A DNA stretch of 62,790 bases, filler included, from Asterionella formosa (GCA_002256025.1; 21 parts of 21 records of this genome joined end to end with filler, not necessarily neighbours in it); one strand, 5' to 3'. Counted from the first letter of the whole stretch, positions 35,567 through 48,500 are shown. Notes: generated from the letters alone by a model not told the origin. Numbers and translations: made by a program.

Positions 35567-35815
35567 ATGATGGAGTTAGTTGAGCTATGCATGGAGACAG
35601 ACTTGCTGCAGCTTCGGCTTGAAGAAGATGTTATAACACTGGGTCAAGCAAGAAACCTTGTATATAAGTTTCTTGTCAAGACATTCTGTGGTTTGTTGGG
35701 GAAGAACATTTGCATGGAACTTCCAGATTGTTGCTGTAAGGGGGGTTCAATTGCTTCTCATGAATAAAGATCACAAAGGAGAGTATACTGCTGGTTTCCA
35801 ACCAGTTTCTAAAAG
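35567..35815 (+). pseudogene. Frameshifted remnant resembling the P2X7 C-terminal/KolX-like cysteine domain
   Basis: RNLVYKFLVKTFCGLLGKNICMELPDCC, then after a frameshift GEYTAGF; fits the R..Y...G.LG...R..LP.C...GEY.GF pattern. Confidence 0.4.
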
Positions 35816-36448
35816 GATTAAACATAGTAGTAGCAAATGAATGTTTGTCATTCATTAATTCTATTAGGTTATATTTGAACTTGTCATTGCATTGCTGAAA
35901 ATATTTTCAGTCTTACAATCTATAATGTTAAAAAACATCAGTGAATATTCAAACCTTTCAATCATAGACATTAAACAATTAAAAATCATAAACTATAGTG
36001 CATTTACTACCTGCAATATTATGAAAGGTTCAGGTACCCATCTCCATTCCTCGATTGGAAATGGTGGCAAAGGACGCCACACACTCGAAGATGCGCCTGA
36101 TGAAACAAAATGGTTTGACGAACCAAAAACACTGGCTGATGCCATTACCTGGTACCAGGTACCTGGTACTCCAGGGTACCCCTGGTACCAGGACAACAGA
36201 AGTTACAAAACAGTGAGCATACGGATGACGTATGTTTTTCAGAGAATATCTGTATCTATACGTTGACAGTTTTTGGTACCGGTACCAGGGTACCAGGTAC
36301 AGGTAGACCAGGACCATTTGGTTGATTGTCTACATACCGGTATGCAGATACCGTCTAAACTATGCAAACCTACTCATAGAATGAATGCACCAAACATCAT
36401 CACTCTTGCATCGGAGACGGGTAAAATAAGTTCTTCCAATTGATTATC

Positions 36449-38227
36449 ATGGCCATGAGGTCCACAACAGCAGTTATCCTCTTCCTCATAGCGCAGTCCT
36501 CCCTGGCATTTCTAATTCAACGAGTGGCCAAGCCCAAAACATCAATTCAGCCAACAATATTTACAAATCCGTTGCTTGCGCTGTCATACTACTCGACAGC
36601 TCGTTTCTCCTCCACCAGAAACAGCTTTGATGAAATATGCGACGTGTTGGTGTTGGGGAGCGGCCCTGCTGGTCGCGCCATTGCTTCTCTACTCGCCCAA
36701 AAGGACTTCAGCGTCATACTAGCTGACTCGAACTACGATCGAGCGTTCCCACCCAATTACGGAGTCTGGAAGGACGAATGGCAGGCTGTCGTGGAGAGAT
36801 TCAAGGCGGCTGGAGTTTTATTGAAGGGGGGAGACGTGGGATCGGCCATTAACCGAGAATGGCAAGTGACAGACTGTTATTTCGGAGGCTCTTTTGATGT
36901 TCCCATGGAAGAGCGCATGCGATTGGATCGGCCCTATTATAGAGTCGATAAGAATGCTCTCAAAAGCTCGCTATCAGATACAGGTTACAAGGTTCTGTAT
37001 GCAAATCACGTATCAAAAGCGATCGCACCGAATATATACACTCCAGCGGGTTCTTTAGTGCACGACGAGGAAGGGACAACCATTTTGTTGAAATGCAAGG
37101 ACGGAAAGGAAATGTCACTTCGCTCCAAACTTGTCGTGGACGCGACAGGACACGAGACTCAATTGGTGTTGAGAGACACAAGAGCACCAGCGAATAACCC
37201 ACCAGGATTTCAAATTGCCTATGGAGCCACAATGGAACTCGACGAGACCAATATTCCATCGCTATCCATGTTTGGACCATACGATAAGGAAGCCATGACG
37301 CTATTCGATTATCGAACGGATCACTTTGATGGTGATGATGTGGAAATGAAGAAGGGCATCACATCTCCAACATTTATGTATTGTATGCCTTTGGTTGGTA
37401 ACAGGGTCTTTTTTGAAGAAACGTCGCTTGTTGCTCGACCTGGCGTCAGCTTTCAAGAATGCAAGGATCGATTTTTTCGTCGACTTAGATACCTTGGGAT
37501 AACACCAATAAAGGTGGAAGACGAAGAGTTTTGCTACATACCCATGGGAGGTTCTCTACCAATTAAAGACCAACGAGTGATTGGATTAGGTGGTGCTGCA
37601 GCAATGGTTCATCCTTCTACAGGCTATCACCTGTGTAGAATGATGATAGGCGCATCTGACATGGCTCGAACAATTGAGGAGGAGCTTAAGGCCTCAGAAG
37701 TCAATCTCAACCGGGCTGCCGCCAATTCTTACCATAGCCTCTGGACTCCTGAAAACATTCGTCAACGCAACTTTGCCGTCTTTGGTGGTGAATTTCTAAT
37801 GAATCAAGATGTAGTTGGCCTGAGAGGATTCTTTGGCGGCTTCTTTCGTTTGCCTCTGGAATTGTGGGCTGGTTTCTTGGCTGGTTGGCCTGGATTGCCC
37901 AACAATGACAAACACGAGTCGTGGACTGCAAGAATGTGGTTTGGGCTGAACTTCGTCATTCGAATTCCACCAGCGGTCGCTCTGTCGATGGTGTGGTCTA
38001 TAATTAACTACAGCATATCTGAGGGTGCCCCGTTGCCACAGTCAGTGACGCCGCTGTTTGGTGAGCCAACCAGTTATGAATACCAAGATGCATTGAAGGC
38101 AAATATTGGGGATGTAGCCTGCAAGATTGAGGCAAGAAAAATGATTCTCCAATCGAAAGTGGAAGAGGTCGTCCCTGTGGCATTCGAAGAGGAAGTTGCG
38201 AAACAAGAAGAAACGACCTTCCAATAG
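36449..38227 (+). CDS. LCYB: Lycopene beta-cyclase, plastid-targeted
   Basis: DVLVLGSGPAG, PNYGVWKDE, FFEETSLVARP, EFCYIPMGG and GGAAAMVHPSTGY; signal peptide followed by SLA-F. Confidence 0.93.
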   Translation: MAMRSTTAVILFLIAQSSLAFLIQRVAKPKTSIQPTIFTNPLLALSYYSTARFSSTRNSFDEICDVLVLGSGPAGRAIASLLAQKDFSVILADSNYDRAFPPNYGVWKDEWQAVVERFKAAGVLLKGGDVGSAINREWQVTDCYFGGSFDVPMEERMRLDRPYYRVDKNALKSSLSDTGYKVLYANHVSKAIAPNIYTPAGSLVHDEEGTTILLKCKDGKEMSLRSKLVVDATGHETQLVLRDTRAPANNPPGFQIAYGATMELDETNIPSLSMFGPYDKEAMTLFDYRTDHFDGDDVEMKKGITSPTFMYCMPLVGNRVFFEETSLVARPGVSFQECKDRFFRRLRYLGITPIKVEDEEFCYIPMGGSLPIKDQRVIGLGGAAAMVHPSTGYHLCRMMIGASDMARTIEEELKASEVNLNRAAANSYHSLWTPENIRQRNFAVFGGEFLMNQDVVGLRGFFGGFFRLPLELWAGFLAGWPGLPNNDKHESWTARMWFGLNFVIRIPPAVALSMVWSIINYSISEGAPLPQSVTPLFGEPTSYEYQDALKANIGDVACKIEARKMILQSKVEEVVPVAFEEEVAKQEETTFQ

Positions 38228-38637
38228 GCAGGTAAATAGCATGCTGAACTATTATGCTTGTCTAAAATTTGAAGGACTATGCACTAGCTATGTAGAGAAT
38301 TTAACAGCTATTGCTTTGAAGTAAATTTCAAGCCTCGAAGACAAAGGTGGATGGTGGTCAACAAATCAAAAACGTTTTGAGGAGGGAAACCACCAACAGA
38401 GAGGCCGTTCAGAAAATTTATTAAGCAATTGATTGTGACTCTTAGTCGTGCCATTAGAGAATAAGCAACTGTTATTGAGTTTCGAGAAACGATGCAGTTT
38501 TTATGCATTTAGTTAGCTGTCTTCCTGGGGTTTTCAGTCTCCTATTGGAAATAGTGAAGTAGACCTACGATATGGAAGAATCAAGAACTAGATGGTTGGT
38601 ATCCTTCTACTTTCAATGATTTCCTCAACCCAGTTAG

Positions 38638-39369
38638 CTAGATAAAGACAGTCTTCGCCTGAAAATCTTCAAATTGCTCAATTTCCAGGTTCTTCTTCTT
38701 TTTTTTTTCATTCTTCTCGCCGATATTACTTTGTTGTTGTCGGTCACCCTTGGAAAAGAATTTCTTCGCTGCTAGTTCTAAATCTCTATCTGCCTCATAT
38801 ACATGAATTTCTCCAAAGGAATAGTTCTTTCTCGAATCGCCGTATTCCATGCTCACCTCGCTGCTGTCATCATCGGATCCCTCATCAATCTGACCCACAG
38901 ACGAAAATACACCCCGGCCATCCTTGATTCGTCTCAAATCTCGACGCCTATCCAGGCGACTATCTGGGCAAATGCCACATTGAATAAAGCAATTCCAAAA
39001 TATCCATATGAAAAGTAAGACAATCGATACGTAACTAAAGCCTTCAACCATGTCAAAGGCAAGTGAATCTTTGGCTATGTAGTTTTCAAGGTTGTACCAA
39101 GGTTTTTGCTCAGTGGGGAATGGTTCTGTGAATAAATCGTCATCATCCTCATCAGCTCCCTTAGCTTCGAGATGCCTCGATACATAAATCGGCTGTGCCC
39201 GGGCAGACGCAAGCTCGGTGGCAGCTGAAACAAATAGTAACATCATTATCTCGATACGCGTTGTCAGACTCCAATGCCATCCATTCTTCGGCCCTTTGGC
39301 ATTTCTATACTTCGTATCCCTTTCGCCAACCTCCGACAAAATGAGAGGGGATCTGCTTGCAGCAAACAT
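38638..39369 (-). CDS. Hypothetical single-pass membrane protein
   Basis: 243-aa ORF with a signal-like segment (MMLLFVSAATELASA), one hydrophobic helix (YVSIVLLFIWIFW), a CxxCGIC motif and a charged tail. Confidence 0.6.
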   Translation of the reverse strand: MFAASRSPLILSEVGERDTKYRNAKGPKNGWHWSLTTRIEIMMLLFVSAATELASARAQPIYVSRHLEAKGADEDDDDLFTEPFPTEQKPWYNLENYIAKDSLAFDMVEGFSYVSIVLLFIWIFWNCFIQCGICPDSRLDRRRDLRRIKDGRGVFSSVGQIDEGSDDDSSEVSMEYGDSRKNYSFGEIHVYEADRDLELAAKKFFSKGDRQQQSNIGEKNEKKKKKNLEIEQFEDFQAKTVFI

Positions 39370-39866
39370 GATGATTTATCGATTCCAACCAGACCCACTC
39401 CATCAATTGATTATCTGTTGATGTTTGTGACAATGAAGAAATGGAAGGACATGAGGGTCACAGTTTTTCAGCCAGCATTCCTCAAGGTTCCTGCATTTCA
39501 ACCCTAGATTAGAGGTAGGGTTAAAAAATAATATTGAGTCAGACTAATCAAACACATACTTTTCACGTCTAAACTAAATATTATTGTGCCCGTGTAGTAC
39601 CGGTACCAGGTACCAGGTACCTACCTGCTGAGCGATCCTGCACATTGATACAGATGTATATAGGGTTAGGGTTATATCAAGTATATCAGAACTCAATATT
39701 GAGAGAACTCGACTAACACCTAGCTACTGTATACTTTGATGTCGACTTAGGAAACGAGTAGTCAATAAGGATAAATTAATAAAATCATATATTCAACAAA
39801 TACTACTTCTTCTAGTTAGATACTTCACTTTGAATTCAGAAAGAGTCCAATTAGAACAAAACAAAC

Positions 39867-42800
39867 ATGGCAATGTATTCAAGGGTTCCTGTCATTCCTT
39901 TGATCAAAGATTACAATTTATTGACTAACAAGGCTAATACATTCAGAGTTGCTTTAACCGGTGGAGGGTTTGAATCGTTTGATCAAGATATTATTGATGG
40001 AAGCTCTGTGGAAGCATTGTTGATTGGAGTGAATCAATTTCATGACAGGGCCAACACATGTGCCTTGTCTAGCCCTGCAGATACCTATTCCGACTTTAAA
40101 AGGTGCTTGACCGACATTGTCTTATCGGATTGGTTGAATGTGGAAGTACACCCAGAAGATCAATCCTACAATAGTTTCGATGAAGTGATGGTTTTATGGT
40201 TAGATGATCATTTACCAAACGAAAGTTTTCAACGTCAACAACAATGGATGCTTCACTATTTATCTAAACCCTTTTCTATGTTGGCAATGGATTTCGGAGC
40301 TCGCATTAAAACTTTGAACAGGCTACGTCAACTAATTCCTCATCCAGAAGGTCAAAACGGATTGTCAAAAGAAGATATGCGGATTATCATCATCTGTTCT
40401 ATGCCCGATGAGTGGCAACAAGAGTTCGGAAAGCTACCATACTGACATTGCTAACCCTGCGTCTGTTCCACTTTCTCGCGTGCTAAATGCATGGGTTCAT
40501 AATACTCATCCATCCGGTTGGGGTAACGTGCCATGTGCCGACCCTACCAAGAATACATCTGCCCAGGAAATTTCAGTGGTCACGAACCCTCCTACTGGCT
40601 GGTGGTCAGCTAGTGACTTTTGTCCCTACTAGTACACAACAGCAGATTGCTGATCGCCATCACAGAGGCATGTGCGATAATAGCGATGCTGGTGTTTGCT
40701 TATAATGACTCATTGAGTATATCTCACATTAGTCATCACCTAAATTATATTGTTTATTTACAGGTTGAATCCACTATGAATACTACCGCTGTTACTGCAA
40801 CGCGGGACATATATAAATGCATCGATGGACATGACGTCCCACATACATATCAGGGCCCGACTCAGGTTTCCTGTTTTACTTCTAAGGATATAGCTAACAA
40901 TGTAAATTGATTTGATTACGATGTCACTTTTAGCGCCATGATTGGTGGATGCTATACCTATGCATAAAATACTACAAATATTATTTGATAGTGGAGGATC
41001 CTTAGTACTATCCTTAATACATGAACGGGTTATGCCTCGAGGTGGCTCTTTGTCTAACAAAAATTCTCAATTAATGCATACTAACATAGCTGGTACATAT
41101 TCATCTCATGCCAGTGTTATTTTATATGACCTGATTCTCCCTGAATTTAACTGATCTGTTCGTATTTTGCAACAAAAGTGTCAAGTTTTGGCTTTAATGG
41201 TCTCTGCACATTTGATGCTATTTTAGGACGTGATTTCCTTTGTCAAGTTGGTTTTACCATTGATTTCGTAAATAACACCATGTCCTGTATGGATATGATT
41301 GTTCATATGGATCCTCTCACATTCTTTGATGATGGAGAACGTTTACGTGATGCATTATTGCATTTTGATGCACCTATGATTGTGGAATCTTCATATGCAC
41401 TGGAAATTAAAGCTGCTGAAAATAATTACGTAAATATTGATACAGTGGTGAATGAAAAAATGCATTTGACAACAATGCAACGGTCATGTTTACGAACTAT
41501 ATTGGTTAGATATCAACATGATTTGATGGAAAATTATAAGTTTATCCTCATGAACAGGTACATTTGAAATTATTATCAAATGCCATCCCTTGTCATCAAT
41601 GAGCATATCCGGTCGCTCATATTCTTTTAGAAGTTTTCAAAAGCGAATTACAACGGTTCTGTGATATTGGAGTCCTAAAAAAATGTGGTGCTTCTAAATG
41701 GACGTCTCCCACTTTAATTCTTCCTAAAAAGGATGTAAGTGTCCGATGGGTGTCAGATTTTCGTGAACTCAATGAAGTCATCAATCTCAATATGTACCCT
41801 TTACCTCGAATACAATATATTCTCAATAAACGTGCTGGGTATGTATTTTTCACCAAATTGGATATTTCTATGCAATATTATACCTTCGCAATAGATGTGG
41901 AGAGTCAAAATTTGTGCCTCATTTCCACTCCATTTGGTTTATATGAATATTTACGTCTCCTTATCATGGGAGTGAAACAATCATCCGACATTGCCCAGGA
42001 AACTATGGTGCAGATTCTTAGTGATTTAGATGATGTGAAAATTTATATTGATGATGTGGGTTGTTTTTCAATGAATTTTCCGGATCACCTTCATCTATTG
42101 GACACTATTTTACATCGTTAACAGGTAAATGGTTTTACAATTTATCTATCTAAGTGTGAATGGACAGTCCAAGAGACAGATTGGTTAGGCTATTAGTTCA
42201 TAACTCCTAATGGACTGAAACCTTGGTCTAAAAAGTTCCGAGCATTGATTAAAATGTCTTCACCTACCAATCTTTAACAAGTTAGATCGTTTCTCAGTGC
42301 TGTTACTTACTATCAAGACATCATGTTTCCTAGACGATCTCATGTTCTTGGACCACTTATGTATTTAACTGTTACTTTTCCATTTGTCTGGTTACCTATA
42401 TATCAACAACCTTTTGAAGAAATGAAAGCATTGTTGGTTGCAGATACACTCATGCGTTATCCTGATCATAATCTTCCTTTTCATATCTTTACGGATGCCT
42501 CTGATTATCAATTAGGGTCGGTCATTATGCAAAATGATCTCCCAGTTGCTTATTATTCTCGCAAATTATCTGCTGCTCAAAAGAATTATACTACTATTGA
42601 AAAAGAATCACTTTCTGTCGTAGAAACTTTCAAAGAATTTCGCTCCATGTTATTGGGTGCAGTTGTTCTACATGTTCACAATGATCATCGAAATCTTATT
42701 TATAATACTTTACACACTCAACATGTTCTACGGTGGAGACTTTATATTGAAGAATATCATCCTACTTTTCACTATGTGAAAGGTACTGACAATGCTATTG

Positions 42801-43100
42801 CAGATTCCATCTCTCGCCTCCCAAGGCTTGAGTCTTTGGTGGGAGATGATATTGGACCGAAATCTCCAGTATCAACATCCAGCCACTCCTACCTTTTCAA
42901 TTGAATTAGATGATGAACCTTTGCTTAACAGTTTACTTAATCATCCAATCTTGACAGACGATATTCAATATCCTCTGGATTATAATCTAATACATGATAG
43001 ACAATTGCTGGATATACAATTGATTCTCAATCAACAAACACATCCGTTAATATTACCCTCTATCAACTTTCATGGTATATTTTTAAAATGTTTTGTGAAG
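39867..43100 (+). mobile_element. Degenerate Ty3/gypsy LTR retrotransposon (gag, protease, RT, RNase H; integrase missing)
   Basis: Gag-like 39867-40445, protease ILFDSGG and ILGRDFL, RT SDFRELN..YPLPRI..KLDISMQYY..YIDDV, RNase H FTDASDYQLG..YTTIEKE..N.IADSISRL. Gypsy domain order, with many stops and frameshifts. Confidence 0.92.
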
Positions 43101-43514
43101 GATGCGGGAGATACGTTCGAAGCAGAAGTTGCCTTCTCTCTGGATCTCGTTCCCAAAATCGAGGAGGTGCCAGCGATGTTGGGGCTAGTCCATTCAGCAC
43201 AAGAATCAGCACAGCGGAGGTGGTGGAGCTGGGGCTGGAGGGAAGCGTGACGATGCATTGATTGGAAAGACTGTTCGAATCCAAGCTGGTCAGTGGAAAG
43301 GAGGTTACCTTGGGACCGTTGCAGATGCAACTGCAACACATGTTCAAGTCGAATTACACTCGCGTCTCAAGAAGATCATGGTTGTTTGTGAACGTGTTGC
43401 CGTTGCTGGGGACAAGTTTGGTTCTACTGAAGATCCAACAAGGACCCAAGCACCCTCACAAAATTCAGCAATGGCCGGTGGTGCCACTCCTTTTAATAGC
43501 GGGGGAGCAACCCC
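43100..43514 (+). pseudogene. SPT5: Frameshifted fragment of transcription elongation factor SPT5 (KOW5 and start of the C-terminal repeats)
   Basis: VRSRSCLLSG...KRDDALIGKTVRIQAGQWKGGYLGTVADATATHVQVELHSRLKKIMV...GGATP; frameshift near 43205. Confidence 0.75.
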
Positions 43515-44915
43515 NNNNNNNNNNNNNNNNNNNNNNNNNNNNNNNNNNNNNNNNNNNNTTAATTAATTAANNNNNNNNNNNNNNNNNNNNNNNNNNNNNN
43601 NNNNNNNNNNNNNNTCATACCCTTAAATTATGTACGTAGCTAAATTCGTCATATTGGGCCACCCAAATAATTAATTTGGGTGATCATATTTGACTAGCGT
43701 TTTTTTTGTGGCGGCTGTACCAGTAATCGGCGTTGTAGATGTACATGAGACTCAATCAACCTCCATAGGTGCAAAGAGTCATCCCTAGATTGGTCATCCC
43801 AGACCATGGACCTGGCTAGTACAGATGCCTCAGTTTCGGCTGTAGGGTCATCGAACTGATACACTGGTTCTGTTACAGGACCTAGGCAGTCTTGACCAGT
43901 TCATATTTGATGCGAGAATGATTTGTAGACGTATCCCACATGACACCTTCAGAATCAGGTGCATACAAAAACTTATCAACGCCTACGAGAGCGGCTTCCT
44001 TGCGGATAGCACGCTCCAGCTCATAGAGGGTGAAGTTCACTACTGGATTGCCAGTAGGACCCTTGTGGAGCTTCTTGCGATCTTTGGTGCAGTACTCGAA
44101 TAGTCCGCAAACCTCTCTGGTATCTCCCGTAAGTAGCTGGTAGCTAGGGCGAGAAAATTGGAGACATTGATTTCAGTCTTGAAATGTCTGGTGAGTGCAC
44201 CACCAGAGTATCATAACCCCCCCCCCCTCGGGCGTGACGTGTCCAAACTTCGTTGCTTGCGTCATCGTCGTTAAGTATGATCATGGTGAGTTGTCGCTTG
44301 CTAAAGTTCTTAGTTCAAGCTATTGTTGTGTTCGAACATCACCATCAAGAAACTTAAAAAACCACACACTTCATGAAGAATACGTCTGTATTGTTACCCT
44401 GTATAGCAGAGGCGCTGACACAGTACTTGCTATCTCACGTGGTGACTATGTAGGAGGCTACAAGTTGAACGCAATCTCTTGCCTGAATCTCACAACCTTG
44501 TCGTGTAAGAACAGTTTAGCTACTACGAGCATGTTGGGCTCAATAACCAGTTGGTAGAGGCTACGAATCGGTATCTCTCACGCAGTAAAAGTTGCTAGAA
44601 AATTGTTTCTACACAATTTGTTTGTTTTACTTTGTTTGCTTATAGCTGTTTTTATAAAAGAGTGAGCTTAATATTTGAATTTTGAAACCCAAGCTCATGC
44701 ATGTTTCAAAACAGAGGTGATCATCGTCTGCAAATAAAAACCATCATATTTCCATGATGCATCATGGGATTATGATAATCTGATCATAATTTTTCGTTAT
44801 NNNNNNNNNNNNNNNNNNNNNNNNNNNNNNNNNNNNNNNNNNNNTTAATTAATTAANNNNNNNNNNNNNNNNNNNNNNNNNNNNNNNNNNNNNNNNNNNN
44901 AATAATTTAGCACCA

Positions 44916-45700
44916 TTACATGGCATATCTATTTGCATTCCTATGCAAATAGGGCATATACACTGAAGCAATTTGGTTCTGACCAACTTTGCTAGCACGA
45001 AAGTTGTAGAGCAATACAATCATTTGGAGAATTAATTTTCTCTCACCTTTTTCTTCATAACGAAATTTGTCTTTGATTCTCGGAAATGATCCCTGAAGGC
45101 GTCGCATTCCCCATTCCGACAACTGTCAGATTGAGGTGGCTTGGCAATTCATACCAAATCTTTGTTGAGGATTACCATTTGCATCAATATTTTTTTTATG
45201 CGATTTCAACATTGCATTTGATTTCTTAGATGCAAATGCTGAATCCACAACTACTTTTTTGCCTGTATCCCTGTAAACTGTTTCAATCTGATCATAGATC
45301 GATGACCAAATTGCCATGGTGGAGTCATGTAGAACACCACCAGGTGCATTGAAATATGAGCAGCGAATTTTTCCATCAGGCGAAAAAAGAAACAAGTTTG
45401 TCACATAGTGTTCATAAGTCTATCCATTGTAGAAGTTGTTCTGCTGTGTTTCATATCCAGCCCGTTGCAGGGTCAGTTTCAGACCATCCATTGCTCCCTA
45501 ACAATTTGTTACAAGTGGGTATTTCTGATTGATCATGGTTGCAAACAAGGTGGCTTTGTCTGCAATAGGCAGTCTCACAACGGCATCTTCATGTGTCAGC
45601 AGTACTTTTACAATCATTCGCCTTGAAAACCTCAACCAAACACTCAAAGAACCATGAGTTAATTCGAAAATAATCTGAAGAATCATATAGTAGGTAGTTC
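44916..45700 (-). mobile_element. PIF/Harbinger DDE transposase pseudogene
   Basis: GAMDGLKL, YVTNLFLFSPDG, NAPG..HDS, VVVDSAF and SEWGMRRLQGSFPR, with in-frame stops. Confidence 0.85.
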
Positions 45701-46186
45701 TTTGCCAAGGACCTTTCTTTGTTTTTTGCCACTTCCTCTTCTGACCTCATCAACAGTCAAACTTTCCCTGAACGTTGGTGTCTTATTTACTGGTGGATAG
45801 CACATTGCTAACATTAGCAATGTGATCATAATATCATTGAGATGAGATGAAAGTTGACATGGTCAGTGACCAACAATGATGAATATATAGAACTCATGCA
45901 TATAATGAACTACTAGAGGCGGCATAGCATACAAGAGGATGTCAGAGAAGTAATCTAAAATATCTCTATTATCAGAGCACAAGGACGATATTATGTTGCA
46001 GATCACCAGAATAATTTGTGTTATAATTCACACATGACATAATAATTTTTTATTATCAGAGCGCACCCAGTATCTTATGCTGTCTGNNNNNNNNNNNNNN
46101 NNNNNNNNNNNNNNNNNNNNNNNNNNNNNNTTAATTAATTAANNNNNNNNNNNNNNNNNNNNNNNNNNNNNNNNNNNNNNNNNNNN

Positions 46187-46980
46187 GTACAGATGCGTCC
46201 ATTTCCAATGCCCTTTTGCGCTATTCTCCCAATCAAACACTAAGAAAACACATTTATATGGAAACGTCCACCTCTTGTCCAGAGAATTTGCAGGTTTTGG
46301 AGTCGTTGCGGAAGGTACGACATGAGGTATCTGTGAAACAAGTATTTGAATCCTACGCTGATCGATCTTTGCGTGATAGGATGGCGCAAACACCGAAGAA
46401 CGTCGAAACCTTTCTCACTCACTTAGAACATCGAATCTCGGGATTGTACCAGCAGGATATGGCTCTTTTGGCCGATGCCAAGCGTAAGATAGAGAACACA
46501 ACTGATCCCTTGGAACCATGGGATATTTCGTTTTATACCACTATGATCAAGGCAAGCCGTGGACTGGATCCTAGTTTTGTTGCTGAGCACCTGACTTTAC
46601 CTCAATGTATTGATGGGATGAAGATTTTGGTTCTGAAACTCTTTGGTATTAATATGAGAGAAGAAGAAATGAACGAGATGGAACGATGGGATCATTTGGT
46701 TTCCGCTGAAGCCAAGGCCAGGAAGTTTGTCTTTTGTGATGAGACTGAGAAACCCTTGGGTTCCGTGTATTTGGATCTTCATCCAAGGCCTGGAAAGTAT
46801 AGTCACGCAGCACATTTTGCGATTCGATGTGGTTGTTCATTAGGCTTGAATTCCAAAGAATATCAACTTCCAGTTGTGGCACTTGTTTGCAACTTGCAAG
46901 CGCCTCAAACTGGTTATGCTGCACTGTTGAGCCATATTGAAGTCGAAACGTTGTTTCATGAATTTGGTCATGCCTTTTGA
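46187..46980 (+). pseudogene. M3 peptidase (mitochondrial intermediate peptidase-like) fragment, truncated just after the zinc motif
   Basis: LEPWDISFY, YLDLHPRPGKYSHAAHFAIRCG, YQLPVVALVCN and EVETLFHEFGHA, followed by a stop and a TACCGGTACCAGG unit. Confidence 0.75.
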
Positions 46981-47472
46981 TACCGGTACCAGGGTTTTTT
47001 GTAGTTTACCTTTGTACACAGTGCTAGTTGACTGCTAGTACACTAGCTTTCACTACGGTCTTAAAAGGTTGCACTGGGGGTTGAATTTTTTGCATGTACC
47101 ACCCTGGTACCGGTATACTATACTATCATGTATACCGGTACCGGTACCGGTGGTAGTAGTATCACGTATCGTATCTCGTACTTTCAAAAAACCAAAAAAA
47201 TTATACATGAGCAATCCTAAGTAGGGGGGGGGGAAGTTTTGCACCCTTCCCGTATCTTCTCTTGCTAGCAGGAGCTTTTGCTTCTTGTACCGCTCAAAGG
47301 AGTACACCGTTTCTACTGACGGTCCGTATTCTACCTGGTTGTCATCATGCCGGATTATCATTAAGTGGTGGANNNNNNNNNNNNNNNNNNNNNNNNNNNN
47401 NNNNNNNNNNNNNNNNTTAATTAATTAANNNNNNNNNNNNNNNNNNNNNNNNNNNNNNNNNNNNNNNNNNNN

Positions 47473-48500
47473 ATTGGAAACAGAGCATCACATGTTTGAA
47501 ATGACACAGGCAGGGTCAGGTTTCCCTGGATGTCTTGGGTCCACAGATGCTACACATGTGTCAATAGAGCGATGCTTCAATCGGCTTCGGAACCAGCATA
47601 TATCATCAAAATTTCCTTGCTTGTACAGCCAGGACTTAGTATAATGCTACTACTGTGAATCATCGCCGGAGGATCCTGTCTAGTACCACGGGGCATCCTT
47701 GTCGATGGAATGATAAAACATTAATCAACTTTGATACTTTTGCTCGAGGCATCCAGAATGGTGCAGATGCCTAAAAAGATGTGGAGTTTGAGCTTAAAGA
47801 AAAAGATCGGAATGGAGCAGTTGTATCCATAAAGTTTAGTGGATGCTTTTTGATAGTTGACAATGGATATCTAAAATGGTCTACAACAGCCAGTGCCTCC
47901 AACCAAAAACCCAGAAACGGAACAAGAACTTGTTAGATGGTCTGAATGGCTGGAGTCACTTAGAAAAGATGTGGTCTGGAATGTACCTTTGGAATATTAA
48001 AGGGACGCTGGCGGATTTTAAAATCAGGCATCCGAATACATGGAATAACAGAACCTGACAAAGTCTGGCTAACATGTTGTGCATTTCATAACATGTTACT
48101 TGATATTGATGGCTGGCTTAGACCTGCTGCAATGGCAAAATGGTGTTTTAAGTGACTGGGAAGGACCATTAGGCCAATTAAATGGAGCTGAAGCACCTTT
48201 TGCTATTCAAAGGCTAAATGCAGTTGCAAGGCCGGCAGTACTTGTATTAGCCAGTTTGCGAACAATTGATACCTCTGGAATGGGTCCTGGTAATGATGGT
48301 GATGGACAAATTCCTGATGCAATTCGCAATTTAGCTAGTGCCAGATCCAAATGACAACTTCAATATTGAAGTGCTAACAAAGAATATTGATACAGTTCGA
48401 GTGGTTCGGCATTTAAGTTTACAGTTCTTCAAGAGTAAACTCATTGAACATTTTGACATTTTATGGAAACAAAACAAGATTGTTTGGCCATCGCTCACGT
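47473..48500 (+). mobile_element. PIF/Harbinger ('plant transposon protein'-type) transposase pseudogene
   Basis: GFPGCLGSTDATHV, GHPCRWNDKT, LIVDNGYLKW, RWSEWLESLRKDV, FGILKGRWRILK and TCCAFHNML, spread across frameshifts. Confidence 0.85.

Noticed and set aside
43700..44600. Possible minus-strand PPT (C run at ~44217-44227) and LTR
   Set aside because: No paired LTR or recognisable pol sequence lies on the contig.
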